DNA from: Caldisericia bacterium
Lineage (GTDB): Bacteria; Caldisericota; Caldisericia; UBA6126
Length of the DNA stretch: 62,946 nt
Assembly: GCA_023146045.1 (NCBI GenBank)
Contig: JAGLCW010000201.1
Location: 1 to 62,946, forward strand
Direction: 5' to 3'
The notes under the pieces were generated by a model, which saw only the letters and a list, made by a program, of their open reading frames with translations, was not told the origin of the DNA and made no database searches. Below, piece after piece: positions 1 through 9,644 of this stretch (the first letter of the stretch is position 1; every line of letters starts with the position of its first letter). A program made the translations under genes and the position numbers.

Positions 1-278
1 ACTAATTCTTTAGGATTAACACAAATGTTACCTGAAGAAATTGTTGAGTCTAGATTCGATTCTTTGGGGAAAATTACAGAAAGGGAATCTCGACCAGCTT
101 GAAGCTGCGTGTTCACGTTAAACTTAATCTGGTAAGAAGCTTGTGCTCCTGCAACGGCCGGATAGGGTGTAACCTGTATATTTTGTGCATCTGCTCTCGT
201 ATGATGTACTCCTGCAAATGAAGAAACAACTAAGGTTACTGCAATTAAACTAGATACAAAGCGTAAGGTTTTGTTCAT
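1..278 (-). CDS. Secreted tandem-module surface protein, N-terminal fragment; the gene runs off the left edge of the window
   Basis: Not in the ORF track because it is open at the window edge. Reverse-strand ATG at 278-276 follows a GGGGGGAAGG Shine-Dalgarno. My translation is MNKTLRFVSSLIAVTLVVSSFAGVHHTRADAQNIQVTPYPAVAGAQASYQIKFNVNTQLQAGRDSLSVIFPKESNLDSTISSGNICVN... This is a signal peptide followed by the same module signature as the giant proteins at 31.6-58.5 kb (V.P....G..A.Y.I.F......L..G......FP.......S.I). Confidence 0.7.
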   Translation of the reverse strand, partial: MNKTLRFVSSLIAVTLVVSSFAGVHHTRADAQNIQVTPYPAVAGAQASYQIKFNVNTQLQAGRDSLSVIFPKESNLDSTISSGNICVNPKEL

Positions 279-448
279 AACCTTCCCCCCTTTAACTATA
301 GGTTAAGGTGTAAAAAATACTTACTGTAAAATCAATATTACACATAGTCATAAGAAATACTACTTTTCTATAAGTGTATTTAAACAAAAGAATTATTAAA
401 AATCAAGAAAAAAAAGCACTTTTTACTATTATTTCTTTTGTTTAATGC

Positions 449-476
449 AAATACATTAAAGTTTTCGATAGGTTCA
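449..476 (-). promoter_or_regulatory. Candidate ECF-type promoter box TGAACC-N15-TGTATTT upstream of the left-edge paralogue
   Basis: Minus strand reads aatTTGAACCtatcgaaaactttaaTGTATTTgc. The same TGAACC box with the same spacing to a TATT-containing element occurs at 50203..50230 and 61350..61377. Confidence 0.35.
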
Positions 477-502
477 AATTATTTTTAAACTTTTTGTTTA
501 TT

Positions 503-1798
503 TTACGAAGATTCGTCTAAAAGTTCGTATGATCGCATTTTATTGAATAAAGATCGCCTTGATATACCAAGGGTTTGGGCTGTTTTTGTTTTATTCCCGT
601 TATGAATCTTTAGAGTTTTCTTAATATAGTTGGTTTCAAAGCGTTTAACTGCATTGGTGAGGGTAAGTCCAGAATATATATCGTTAGGGTCTACTTTTTG
701 CTCAATAACTTTTGCAAAAAGGAATGGAGGTAAATTCTCTTTCGTAATCAATCCATTATTGGTAGAAATCATACTGTGCGTAATTGCATTTTTTAATTCA
801 TTAACATTTCCTGGCCAGTTATATTGTTTTAGTATTTCTAATGTATCTGAGGTAAACCCTTTAACATTTTTCCCATACTTTTTATTTAACTGTTGAAGGA
901 AAAAATTTCCCAGCTCTTCAATATCTTCTATTCTTTCATTCAAATTTGGTAGCATTATTCTTACTGCACCAATTTTAAAAAACAATTCTTCATTAAATGA
1001 AGATTCTTTAACTTTTTGCGAAACATCTTTAGTTGTAGAAGTAATCAGGCGAAAACCACCTGTTTCGGATAATTTTTTTAGCAGTATTGATTGACATTCT
1101 GAAGTTAGAAGATGTATGTCTTTTATGTAGATTGTTGAATCTATGAGAGGTTTAATCTTATCTATTTCACTTGAAAAAGATTCTTTGTCTTCATAGCATG
1201 ATATTTCAACAAATGTGCCTTTTTCGTTGAAGGTTTTTCGGTGTATAGTTCTTGCAACTTGATCTGATTCTGTGCCAGATTCCCCTTGTATTAAAATGGG
1301 TGCATCATTTTTTGCACATCTACCAATATTTTTAAACAAGTCTTGCATAACCTGAGAAGTACCTACTAATTCAACTTCATCTGGAACATCTGGTTGCCCT
1401 GATCTTAATTTTGTTACTTCGTTTGTAAGTTTTCGTAGCTCTAGTGCTTTTTTTAAAACAATTCTTATTTCGTCAATATCGAATGGTTTTGTAATGTAAT
1501 TGTATGCACCTTGTTTCATTGCGTCTATAGCAAGATCGGAAGAACCAAATGCAGTGACAAATATGACAGGAGAATCAATTAGATCTTCTTTAATTCTTTG
1601 AAAAACTTCCATACCATCCATTTCTGGCATTCTTACATCTAGTAGAATTACGTCTGGAAGTGTCTGTTTAATTTTTTGAATTGCCTCTAAGCCATCAGAA
1701 GCTGTAATAACTTCGTATCCTTCGTCTTCAGCTATAGCAGAACACAAGTCACGCACGCCTTCTTCATCATCGGCTATCAAAACTCTATATTTGCTCAT
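503..1798 (-). CDS. NtrC-family response regulator (REC + degenerate sigma-54-activator AAA+ domain + Fis-type HTH)
   Basis: The REC domain has the phospho-acceptor context ILLDVRMPEMDG. The central domain aligns to enhancer-binding proteins, but Walker A is GESGTESD and the GAFTGA segment is missing. C-terminal HTH is TKTAQTLGISRRSLFNKMRSY. Sits next to a histidine kinase gene. Confidence 0.85.
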   Translation of the reverse strand: MSKYRVLIADDEEGVRDLCSAIAEDEGYEVITASDGLEAIQKIKQTLPDVILLDVRMPEMDGMEVFQRIKEDLIDSPVIFVTAFGSSDLAIDAMKQGAYNYITKPFDIDEIRIVLKKALELRKLTNEVTKLRSGQPDVPDEVELVGTSQVMQDLFKNIGRCAKNDAPILIQGESGTESDQVARTIHRKTFNEKGTFVEISCYEDKESFSSEIDKIKPLIDSTIYIKDIHLLTSECQSILLKKLSETGGFRLITSTTKDVSQKVKESSFNEELFFKIGAVRIMLPNLNERIEDIEELGNFFLQQLNKKYGKNVKGFTSDTLEILKQYNWPGNVNELKNAITHSMISTNNGLITKENLPPFLFAKVIEQKVDPNDIYSGLTLTNAVKRFETNYIKKTLKIHNGNKTKTAQTLGISRRSLFNKMRSYELLDESS

Positions 1799-1872
1799 GC
1801 TACAAATGTAAAGACAAAGCAGAAAAAATCAAGTATACGGGTGCTAAGATGTCACTACCTTGTATACCTTTT

Positions 1873-3675
1873 CTATATATTATTACTTTGAATTTCAGTT
1901 TTTCTCCATTTTTCGAAACCAATCTTAAAAGTTGTGCCTTTTGTTCTGGAACTTTCAAAAACAATTTTTCCGTTCATGTCTTCCATCATGCGTCTAGAAA
2001 TAGCCAGACCTAATCCTGTTCCTTTATCCTTTGTTGTAAAGAAAGGAGTAAATATTTTTCCAAAGTCTTCAGAGGCTATACCGTATCCGTTGTCTTTTAT
2101 GCATATCCAGAAATAATCGTTTTCTTCTATTCCGTATACAGTAACTTCGCCTTTATCAATTTTTACAGACTGAATAGCATTCAAAACAAGATTAAACAAA
2201 ACTTGATGAACTTTTCTTGAATCTGCACATATTTCAAGTTTTTCTACATTTTTGACATACCAAACTAATTTTCTCTGTTTAATTTTTTCTGTTAAAAGCT
2301 TCTCTATTATTGAAATCAAATCGGAAACTTGCATCCATTCAAAATTTGTTTTTGATGGTCTTGCATATGTTATTAAATCTTTTAATAATGATTCTAATCT
2401 ATCAATTTCTCTAGTAACAAGATGTACCATTCTTGGTGCTCCATCAACATTTACAACTTTCTTACCTAGTAATTGCACAAATCCTTTTACTGAAGTAAGT
2501 GGGTTTCTGATTTCATGAGCAATACCTGTTGTGAACATACCAAGCATTCTTAAAGATTCATTCTTTTCGGCTTCCCTAATCAGTTTTACATTTTCTGTAA
2601 CATCATCTAGAGTAATCAATATGATTTTTTCTTTAGTTGGGTCTAAATGAGAACTAACAACAATATGGAAATATTTTTGCATGTTAGGAAGTTTTACTGG
2701 GTAGTTATCAAAAGAAAATGAATGTCCAATTTTAAAAGTTCTGTTTATTACATTTTCAATAATTGGTCCCAATATTGTTCTAATTTGTTCCATTGAAATT
2801 AAGCCTTCTTTAATGTTCAATAGATTTGTTGCTGCATCATTAAAAAACAATACTTGGTTATTTTTATCTATAGAAATCATACCAGTAGATGCATTGTTTA
2901 GAATAAGATCTGATCTAGTTCTAGACAGAATTAGGCTTTGTGCTAATTGATCAATTCCCCTAGAAATTTCTCCCAGTTCTCCGTCAATTATTGGCATTGG
3001 TTTATATAGATCTTGCTCTAAATCCTTTAAACCAAAAAGAACTTTTTTGATTCTATTCGAAAATGAAAAACCAAAAAATAATGAGAAAAGAAGAAGAATA
3101 AAAACAATAATTAACGTAATGTCGTTTGTTTTTTGTTGCAAAGATGCAATTTTCGCATCAATATTTTTATAGGATTCTTCTACCCAAATATATGAACCAC
3201 TTTCTCCTACTGGAATTCGTACAATTAATTTTTGGTATGGAAACATTGATGGTTCTTCGTAAAATCCGTAGACCCTATTTTCTTCTTTAATATAGAACCC
3301 AGCTCCACCTTCTTCTCCAAACAGGTCTATAGAAGTTTCAATTATCCCTGTTAATGTTGAACTAAACTTATACTTCATCATTTCTTGGAACATATCTTCT
3401 TCTGTTTTTGGTGTATCACCTGTGTATTTTTTTAGGTGCTCCCTAGCTTCAATTCTAATAATGCACTGATCACCAACAAAATACTGTTCATACAAATTTA
3501 ACAAATAATGCCCAGTGTTTTCTAGTTTTTCCTGTTTTTCATTAATCAACATTTCAACTGCATTTTGAGTCAAAAAATAGTTTAGTGTTATATTCCCAGC
3601 CAAAACAACTAGAAGAGTAAAGATGATTACTTGAAATCTGACAGAACCAAACATTTTCTTTAGCATGATTGCCAC
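1873..3675 (-). CDS. Sensor histidine kinase (two TM segments, periplasmic domain, PAS-like, HisKA, HATPase_c)
   Basis: H-box GIAHEIRNPLTS. G-boxes DNGYGI and GTGLGLAISRRMMEDMNG. N-terminal TM plus a second TM ITLIIVFILLLFSLFFGFSF. The start overlaps the dnaE stop by 16 nt, and alternative internal starts (M4, M8) are possible. Confidence 0.85.
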   Translation of the reverse strand: MAIMLKKMFGSVRFQVIIFTLLVVLAGNITLNYFLTQNAVEMLINEKQEKLENTGHYLLNLYEQYFVGDQCIIRIEAREHLKKYTGDTPKTEEDMFQEMMKYKFSSTLTGIIETSIDLFGEEGGAGFYIKEENRVYGFYEEPSMFPYQKLIVRIPVGESGSYIWVEESYKNIDAKIASLQQKTNDITLIIVFILLLFSLFFGFSFSNRIKKVLFGLKDLEQDLYKPMPIIDGELGEISRGIDQLAQSLILSRTRSDLILNNASTGMISIDKNNQVLFFNDAATNLLNIKEGLISMEQIRTILGPIIENVINRTFKIGHSFSFDNYPVKLPNMQKYFHIVVSSHLDPTKEKIILITLDDVTENVKLIREAEKNESLRMLGMFTTGIAHEIRNPLTSVKGFVQLLGKKVVNVDGAPRMVHLVTREIDRLESLLKDLITYARPSKTNFEWMQVSDLISIIEKLLTEKIKQRKLVWYVKNVEKLEICADSRKVHQVLFNLVLNAIQSVKIDKGEVTVYGIEENDYFWICIKDNGYGIASEDFGKIFTPFFTTKDKGTGLGLAISRRMMEDMNGKIVFESSRTKGTTFKIGFEKWRKTEIQSNNI

Positions 3676-6600
3676 CAGAAATTTTTTGGTGATAATAGTT
3701 GTTCAAGTTCGTTAGTGAAATCTATACTCCTTGCAACACGGTATTGAGATGGGTTTGTGTATATAAGGTACCCTTTGAAAAACATTTGGAAAACTACTTC
3801 AGACTTTCCAGGATTATTCTCAAACAATTCAGTTATTTTTCTTACCGTATCTACTTTTTTTTCTGATAAATCAATAGAAACTGTCAAAACTGATGGTTTT
3901 TTTAGCTGTTTATTCAAATCACCAAATGTATAATATTTTTCCATACTTTTTATCTGAATTCTTTTATATTCACCACTACGCGTAACGCTAATGTTTAAAA
4001 GAAAAGCTTTTAGCACATTTGCATCTTCACCTTGAAGGATTCCTTCAATTTGTTTTGAAACTTCACTGTATGCTACTACTTCATCTGTTCCTGATAAATC
4101 TGACACTGTTATCAATCTAATTGGGCTTTTTGCTTTTTTTCTTGGTAATCTGACTGAATCAATCATACAAAATATGGTTAATTTTTGATCTACAGCAATG
4201 TGTTCCAATCTACTTACATTGGTAAATTCTATGTTCGGGTAAGCTTCAACAAATTGAGCCATTGGGTGTCCACTCATATAGAATCCAAGTGCTTCTTTTT
4301 CAAACATTAGGTTCATTTCCATCTTATTGCTTGTTTCTTGTGCTGTTGCCTCTTGCTCTGTTTCTATTGAACCAAACAAAGATGGTCCTTCTTTTCTAAT
4401 ATTATTCAATGAATCAAGAAGGCTCATTCTGTCATCAGAAGACCCATCAAATGCTCCAGCTTTTATTAGAAATTCAACGGTTCTTTTTGTAACTTTGTTA
4501 TTTTTATTTCTTAATTTAAAATCTTTTACTCCGCGGTACTCACCATTTTTCTTGCGCTCGAGTATTAAAGCTTCTAGAGCGGCTTCGCCTACATTTTTTA
4601 TTGCAGCTAAACCAAAACGCAAGCATGTTTTATATACTTCGCTATCGTCACCAGACTCAACTTTTTGTTTTTCAAGCTGAAATGATACTGCGCCCTTGTT
4701 TATGTCAGGTGGTAAAACTTCAATATTCATAGACTTACATTCGTCTATGTAAATATTTAATCTCTTTTCGTCTGACTTTGTAGTGTTTAAAAGTGAACAC
4801 ATGTATTCTTGAGAATAGTTAGCCTTTAAGTATGCTGTTCGGTATGACAATAACCCATAACATGCAGCATGAGCTCTATTAAAACCATACTCTGCAAATC
4901 TTTCCAGTAAAGAAAAAACACTTTCGGCTATATCTCTAGTGTGACCGTTTTTTATTGCGCCTTCTACAAATTTTGTGTGTTGTTTTTCCATAAGAGAAGC
5001 AATCTTTTTACCCATTGCTTTTCTTAAATGATCTGCATCTGCCATAGAAAAACCACTCATTACTTGAGCTATATTCATAACTTGCTCTTGATAAACAAAA
5101 ATTCCATATGTATTTTTAAGAACTGGTTCCATACATGGATCTAGGTATTCAATTCTTGACCGGTTTTGTTTGTTTTGAATGAATACTGGAATATTTTGCA
5201 TTGGACCAGGTCTATACAGAGCAACCATAGCTATTATGTCTTCTATGCCATCTGGTTTAAGTTCTTTAATCCACTTTTGCATTCCTTGGCTTTCCACCTG
5301 GAACACACCTATAGTTTCGCCACGCTTGTACAAATCATAGGTTAATTTGTCATCAAGAGTAATTTTATCTAGATCTATTGTTTCATTTCGGTTTACTTTG
5401 ATAAGCTCGCAACATTCTTTAATTGTGGTTAGATTTTTCAAACCTAAAAAATCCATCTTGAGCAAACCTAACTCTTCTACAGTATTCTTTTCATACATGG
5501 AAACCATTTTTTTATTTTTATCTATTGCTAATGGCACATAATTCCACAATGATTTATCTGTTATAAGGACTCCACATGCGTGAGTTGAAAAATTTCTAAC
5601 AGCGTGTTCTAATCTTTTGGCAACCGTATAAATCTTTTTGTAGGTTTCATTTTCGTCGATTAACTGTTTAAATGCTTCGCTTTGTTTGTATGCGGTTTGT
5701 AGTGCTAATCCTGCTGGTATTTTTTTGGATTGAATGTTAATTTCAGATGGAGTAATTTTAAATGCCCTAGCTACATCGCGGAATGCGGCTCTTGATTCTA
5801 ATTTACCGAATGTTCCAATCTGTGAAACACAGTTTTCTCCATATACTTTTTTCACATATTCAATAATCTCTTCACGCCTTGAATCTTCAAAATCTATATC
5901 TATGTCTGGCATACTGTGTCTTTCGGGATTCAAAAATCTCTCGAAATAAAGTTTGTAATGTAATGGATCCAAATCTGTTATTTGTAGCAAGTAACTTACA
6001 ATACTACCAGCTGCAGAGCCTCTTCCTGGTCCAACTGCTATATTTAATTCTTTTGCTTCTCTTATGAAGTCATAAACTACCAAAAAGTAGTCAACAAAGT
6101 CCATTGATTTAATTGTTTTTAGTTCAAACTCTAATCGGTCTCTTACTTCATCTGTTATTTCATCATATCTGTAACTTAAATTTTTCTCACACAAATCACG
6201 AAGATATTTGAACCGTTGTTCTTCTGTAACAATACCTTTTTCTTTGTTAATAAACTTTGGTAAATGTCTTGTTTTAAAATCAAAATCTAAATTACATTTA
6301 TCTGCAACTTCATTGGTATTTTCTATTGCTTCTGGAACTTCTGGGAAAAGTGCTCTCATTTCATCTTCACTTTTCAAATAGAAGCTATCTCCAGAAAATT
6401 TCATTCTGTTTGGATCGTCGTAATCTTTTAGCTGCTGAATGCAGAGTAATATATCGTGAGCGTATGCATCATCTTTTTTTACATAATGAGAATCGTGAGT
6501 TGCAATTACTTTAATATCTAATTTTTTAGCTAGACTAATTAATTTTGGGTTTACTTCTAGTTCTTTTTTTATGTTATGGTTCATTATCTCAATGTAATAA

Positions 6601-7106
6601 TCTGAACCAAAACGATCTTTGTACTTCCTTGCTAATTCTTCTGCTTTTTCCATTTCACCAGCAAGAATGTACCTTGGTAATTGACCTTGGATGCATGCAG
6701 AACTAACAATTATATCATCGCCATATGCAGAAAGAAGTTCAAAATCTACTCTTGGCTTATAATATAACCCTTCGGTGTAAGCTTTAGACACAATGTTGCA
6801 AAGATTTTGGTAGCCTTTATAATTTTTTGCCAATAAGATTAAATGCCATAGATTTGTACCATGCCGTTTTTCATCCTTCTGCATTCTGCTCTCAGGTGCA
6901 ACATAGACTTCGCAACCTATTATGGGTTTTACACCTACGTTTTTGCAAGCTTTATAAAAATCAATTGCTCCACACATGTTCCCGTGATCGGTAATTGCAA
7001 TAGACTTTTGCCCAAGTTCTTTTGCACGTTGTGCCATCTCATATGGTTTACTCAGTCCGTCAAGTAAACTGTATTCGGAATGATTATGAAGATGCACAAA
7101 GGGCAT
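3660..7106 (-). CDS. dnaE: DNA polymerase III alpha subunit
   Basis: 1148 aa. N-terminal PHP motif HLHNHSEYSLLDG. Conserved polymerase core (PDIDIDF, GLLKMDFLGL, FNRAHAACYG) and a C-terminal OB region. Confidence 0.95.
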   Translation of the reverse strand: MPFVHLHNHSEYSLLDGLSKPYEMAQRAKELGQKSIAITDHGNMCGAIDFYKACKNVGVKPIIGCEVYVAPESRMQKDEKRHGTNLWHLILLAKNYKGYQNLCNIVSKAYTEGLYYKPRVDFELLSAYGDDIIVSSACIQGQLPRYILAGEMEKAEELARKYKDRFGSDYYIEIMNHNIKKELEVNPKLISLAKKLDIKVIATHDSHYVKKDDAYAHDILLCIQQLKDYDDPNRMKFSGDSFYLKSEDEMRALFPEVPEAIENTNEVADKCNLDFDFKTRHLPKFINKEKGIVTEEQRFKYLRDLCEKNLSYRYDEITDEVRDRLEFELKTIKSMDFVDYFLVVYDFIREAKELNIAVGPGRGSAAGSIVSYLLQITDLDPLHYKLYFERFLNPERHSMPDIDIDFEDSRREEIIEYVKKVYGENCVSQIGTFGKLESRAAFRDVARAFKITPSEINIQSKKIPAGLALQTAYKQSEAFKQLIDENETYKKIYTVAKRLEHAVRNFSTHACGVLITDKSLWNYVPLAIDKNKKMVSMYEKNTVEELGLLKMDFLGLKNLTTIKECCELIKVNRNETIDLDKITLDDKLTYDLYKRGETIGVFQVESQGMQKWIKELKPDGIEDIIAMVALYRPGPMQNIPVFIQNKQNRSRIEYLDPCMEPVLKNTYGIFVYQEQVMNIAQVMSGFSMADADHLRKAMGKKIASLMEKQHTKFVEGAIKNGHTRDIAESVFSLLERFAEYGFNRAHAACYGLLSYRTAYLKANYSQEYMCSLLNTTKSDEKRLNIYIDECKSMNIEVLPPDINKGAVSFQLEKQKVESGDDSEVYKTCLRFGLAAIKNVGEAALEALILERKKNGEYRGVKDFKLRNKNNKVTKRTVEFLIKAGAFDGSSDDRMSLLDSLNNIRKEGPSLFGSIETEQEATAQETSNKMEMNLMFEKEALGFYMSGHPMAQFVEAYPNIEFTNVSRLEHIAVDQKLTIFCMIDSVRLPRKKAKSPIRLITVSDLSGTDEVVAYSEVSKQIEGILQGEDANVLKAFLLNISVTRSGEYKRIQIKSMEKYYTFGDLNKQLKKPSVLTVSIDLSEKKVDTVRKITELFENNPGKSEVVFQMFFKGYLIYTNPSQYRVARSIDFTNELEQLLSPKNFWWQSC

Positions 7107-7108
7107 AA

Positions 7109-8452
7109 TTATCCTTCAATATCTTTAATCAATACCGCTATTTTGTTTGCCAATTGATCTGTGAGTTCTCTATTTTTTGTTTCAACAAATACCCGAAATA
7201 AAGGTTCTGTGCCAGATGGTCTAAATACCATTCTTGCATTTTTATGTTTTTCTTCAATTTCTTTGATTGCTTTTTTGAATATTGGTAACTCAAGAATTCC
7301 GTTTTTATTTCTTACTGGAACATTTATTAATCTCTGCTCATATAAGGGTATATTGTGAATGTCTTCCATAAGTTTAAAGTTTGTGCTCAAAATAGCTTGA
7401 ACAAATTCAAGAGCTGAAATGAGTCCGTCTCCAGTAGGGCTTTTGTCTAGAAACAATAGATGCCCAGATTGTTCTCCACCAACTTCGGCAGACAACCTTA
7501 CCATATCTCTATAAACATATTTGTCCCCAACGTTTGAGCGATGAAATTTTATACCATTTTCTTTTAGGTACTCAATAATTCCCTCGTTTGTCATTACTGT
7601 GCCAACAACAAGTTTATTTTGAAGCTGATCCTTACTTGCCCTAGAAAGAGCTGTAGAAGTTATCATGTGGTCTCCATCTATAACAATTCCTTTTGGAGTA
7701 AATGATAAAACTCTGTCTCCATCTCCATCGTGTGAAAAAATAAAATCGTAAGTTTTTTTTGTAGAGTCTAAATGCTCTTTGATAATGCTTGGAAATGTGG
7801 AACCGCATTTTTCATTGATTGAATCACCATCATTTTTAGTGTTAATTGCTTCTACGTTAGCACCAAGTTTACGAAACACTTCTGGGCTTGTAACACCAGT
7901 TGCTCCATTGGCACAATCAATCAAAATACTGTAGCTTGAAAGGTCTAAATCTTTGTATTTTTCAACAACGGAATTGATGTATTCTTCTTGGGCATTTATT
8001 TCTTTCAAAACTCTTCCTGGCATTCCAGGAGTCTCTTGGATTAGTAATGGGCATGTAAAAAAAGTTTCAATTCGTTCCTCTGCTTGAGCTTCTGTTTTTT
8101 CTCCATTTTGGTTAAACAGTTTAATTCCATTATATTCAGCTGGATTATGTGAAGCAGAAATAACTATTCCCATTTGATAGTTATTCTTAATGCATAGCAT
8201 TGAAACCGCTGGAGTTGGTATTATTCCCAGAAGAACACTGTTTACTCCAACTAGATTCAATCCATCAACAAGATTTTTTTCAATTCTTTTCCCACTTGAT
8301 CTTGTATCTCTACCAATACAAACAGTAATCTCTTCCCCAAGAAAGGTTTCGTTTAAGAATGCTCCTATTGATTTTCCGATCTGAAAAATGAATTCGGGGC
8401 TCAGCTCATTACTGGCTAAGCCCCGAATACCGTCTGTTCCAAAGCGTTTCAT
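7109..8452 (-). CDS. glmM: Phosphoglucosamine mutase
   Basis: 447 aa. N-terminus [11 protein letters not shown], active-site serine loop SASHNPAEYNGIK, metal loop HDGDGDR. Confidence 0.93.
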   Translation of the reverse strand: MKRFGTDGIRGLASNELSPEFIFQIGKSIGAFLNETFLGEEITVCIGRDTRSSGKRIEKNLVDGLNLVGVNSVLLGIIPTPAVSMLCIKNNYQMGIVISASHNPAEYNGIKLFNQNGEKTEAQAEERIETFFTCPLLIQETPGMPGRVLKEINAQEEYINSVVEKYKDLDLSSYSILIDCANGATGVTSPEVFRKLGANVEAINTKNDGDSINEKCGSTFPSIIKEHLDSTKKTYDFIFSHDGDGDRVLSFTPKGIVIDGDHMITSTALSRASKDQLQNKLVVGTVMTNEGIIEYLKENGIKFHRSNVGDKYVYRDMVRLSAEVGGEQSGHLLFLDKSPTGDGLISALEFVQAILSTNFKLMEDIHNIPLYEQRLINVPVRNKNGILELPIFKKAIKEIEEKHKNARMVFRPSGTEPLFRVFVETKNRELTDQLANKIAVLIKDIEG

Positions 8453-8811
8453 TATGACAATGCTTGCTTAGAAACACCTACAAGTTGGGTAAAATTATTT
8501 TTATCTTCAACAGCAATCTGTGCCAATACTTTTCTGTTAAGAGTTATATCGGCTTTTTTTAATCCGTTAATGAATCTGGAATAATTCATTCCGGTTTCTG
8601 TATTTCTAACGGCGATATTAATACGTTGAATCCAGAGAACTCTGAAATCACGTTTAATCAATCTTCTACTGACATAAGCATGACGCTCAGCGTGCATGAC
8701 TCGTTCTTTGGCCGCACGGAATCTTTTGCTAGAAGCTCCTTGGTAACCACGGGCTTTTTTCATCAGCCTCTTTACTCTACGGCGACGAGCATATCCACCT
8801 TTGACTCGCAT
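8452..8811 (-). CDS. rplT: 50S ribosomal protein L20
   Basis: 119 aa, [23 protein letters not shown]... Its stop overlaps the glmM ATG (TAATG). Confidence 0.95.
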   Translation of the reverse strand: MRVKGGYARRRRVKRLMKKARGYQGASSKRFRAAKERVMHAERHAYVSRRLIKRDFRVLWIQRINIAVRNTETGMNYSRFINGLKKADITLNRKVLAQIAVEDKNNFTQLVGVSKQALS

Positions 8812-8829
8812 AATAAATCTCCTTGATTG

Positions 8830-9042
8830 TTATTTGCTTATTTTTACATTTGGCAACATTAGTCTTACAACCCTTAAAGAGTTCTTTGGGACTGAATGTG
8901 GCCTATTTAAAGCTAACTTTGTAGTTCTTTTTTTCTTGCTGAGCATATGGTTATGCCCACATTTTAAATACATGATTTTACCAGTACCGGTAATTTTAAA
9001 TCGCTTTTTTGCAGTTTTCGATGAGCGTATTTTGTTTCTCAT
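8830..9042 (-). CDS. rpmI: 50S ribosomal protein L35
   Basis: 70 aa basic protein (KTAKKRFKITGTGKI) in the canonical infC-rpmI-rplT order. Confidence 0.9.
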   Translation of the reverse strand: MRNKIRSSKTAKKRFKITGTGKIMYLKCGHNHMLSKKKRTTKLALNRPHSVPKNSLRVVRLMLPNVKISK

Positions 9043-9047
9043 GCTTT

Positions 9048-9566
9048 TTATCCTTTCTTAGAAATCGGAGAGAGTATAGCAATAATATTTCTGCCTTCCA
9101 TTTTTGGTGGTCCTTCAAGTTTACCTATTTCTTTTACAATTTCGGTAATTCTCTCAACCATCTGAAAGCCATGTTTCTTGTAAATAATCTCTCTACCTCT
9201 AAACATAATAATCAGTTTCACCTTATCGCCATTTTCTAAGGATTTCTGAATTCTTCTCATTCTCACACCAAAGTCACCATCAGCAATATTCAAACCGACC
9301 TTGCAAATCTTCAAATCATTGTTGATCTGTTTTTTCTTTGCTTCTCTGTTCTTCTTGGAAAGTTCATACACGAATTTCCCATAGTTCATTATTTTGCATA
9401 CCGGTGGTCTTGCGTGTGGTGCTATCTCAACCAGGTCATAGCTCCTACTTCTTGCCATATTCAAAGCTGATATAATGTCTACTACACCAACTTGATTGCC
9501 TTTTTCGTCAACTAACCTAACCTGTCTTGATCGGATGCTTCCATTAATTCTATGCTGTTGTTTAAT
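9048..9566 (-). CDS. infC: Translation initiation factor IF-3, with an ATT start codon
   Basis: The ORF-track entry (9048..9464) starts at an internal TTG. Extending the frame upstream gives IKQQHRINGSIRSRQVRLVDEKGNQVGVVDIISALNMARSRSYDLVEI, the conserved IF-3 N-domain, up to an in-frame TAG at 9572-9570. ATT at 9566-9564 lies 6 nt downstream of GGAGG (9577-9573). Confidence 0.88.
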   Translation of the reverse strand: MKQQHRINGSIRSRQVRLVDEKGNQVGVVDIISALNMARSRSYDLVEIAPHARPPVCKIMNYGKFVYELSKKNREAKKKQINNDLKICKVGLNIADGDFGVRMRRIQKSLENGDKVKLIIMFRGREIIYKKHGFQMVERITEIVKEIGKLEGPPKMEGRNIIAILSPISKKG

Positions 9567-9644
9567 ATACTACCTCCACATTAAAATTTTCTTACTATTT
9601 TTACAAAAACTTCGGTTGATTGTCAAGTTTTCCGAATAATATAC

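Noticed and set aside
285-290. G6 tract in the RBS of the left-edge paralogue as a slipped-strand phase-variation switch
   Set aside because: Six residues is short for efficient slippage. It simply forms the Shine-Dalgarno (GGGGGGAAGG), and no comparable tracts occur at the other paralogues.
279-502. Sigma-54 promoter (TGGCAC-N5-TTGC) downstream of the NtrC-like regulator
   Set aside because: A TTGCA occurs (tgtatttgcatt), but there is no GG dinucleotide 10-11 nt upstream. This fits the regulator having lost its sigma-54 contact motifs.
9567-9644. L20-leader or T-box type regulatory RNA upstream of infC / thrS
   Set aside because: The spacers (78 nt before infC, 64 nt before thrS) are too short and too AT-rich to hold these structures, and I could find no specifier or antiterminator-like pairing.
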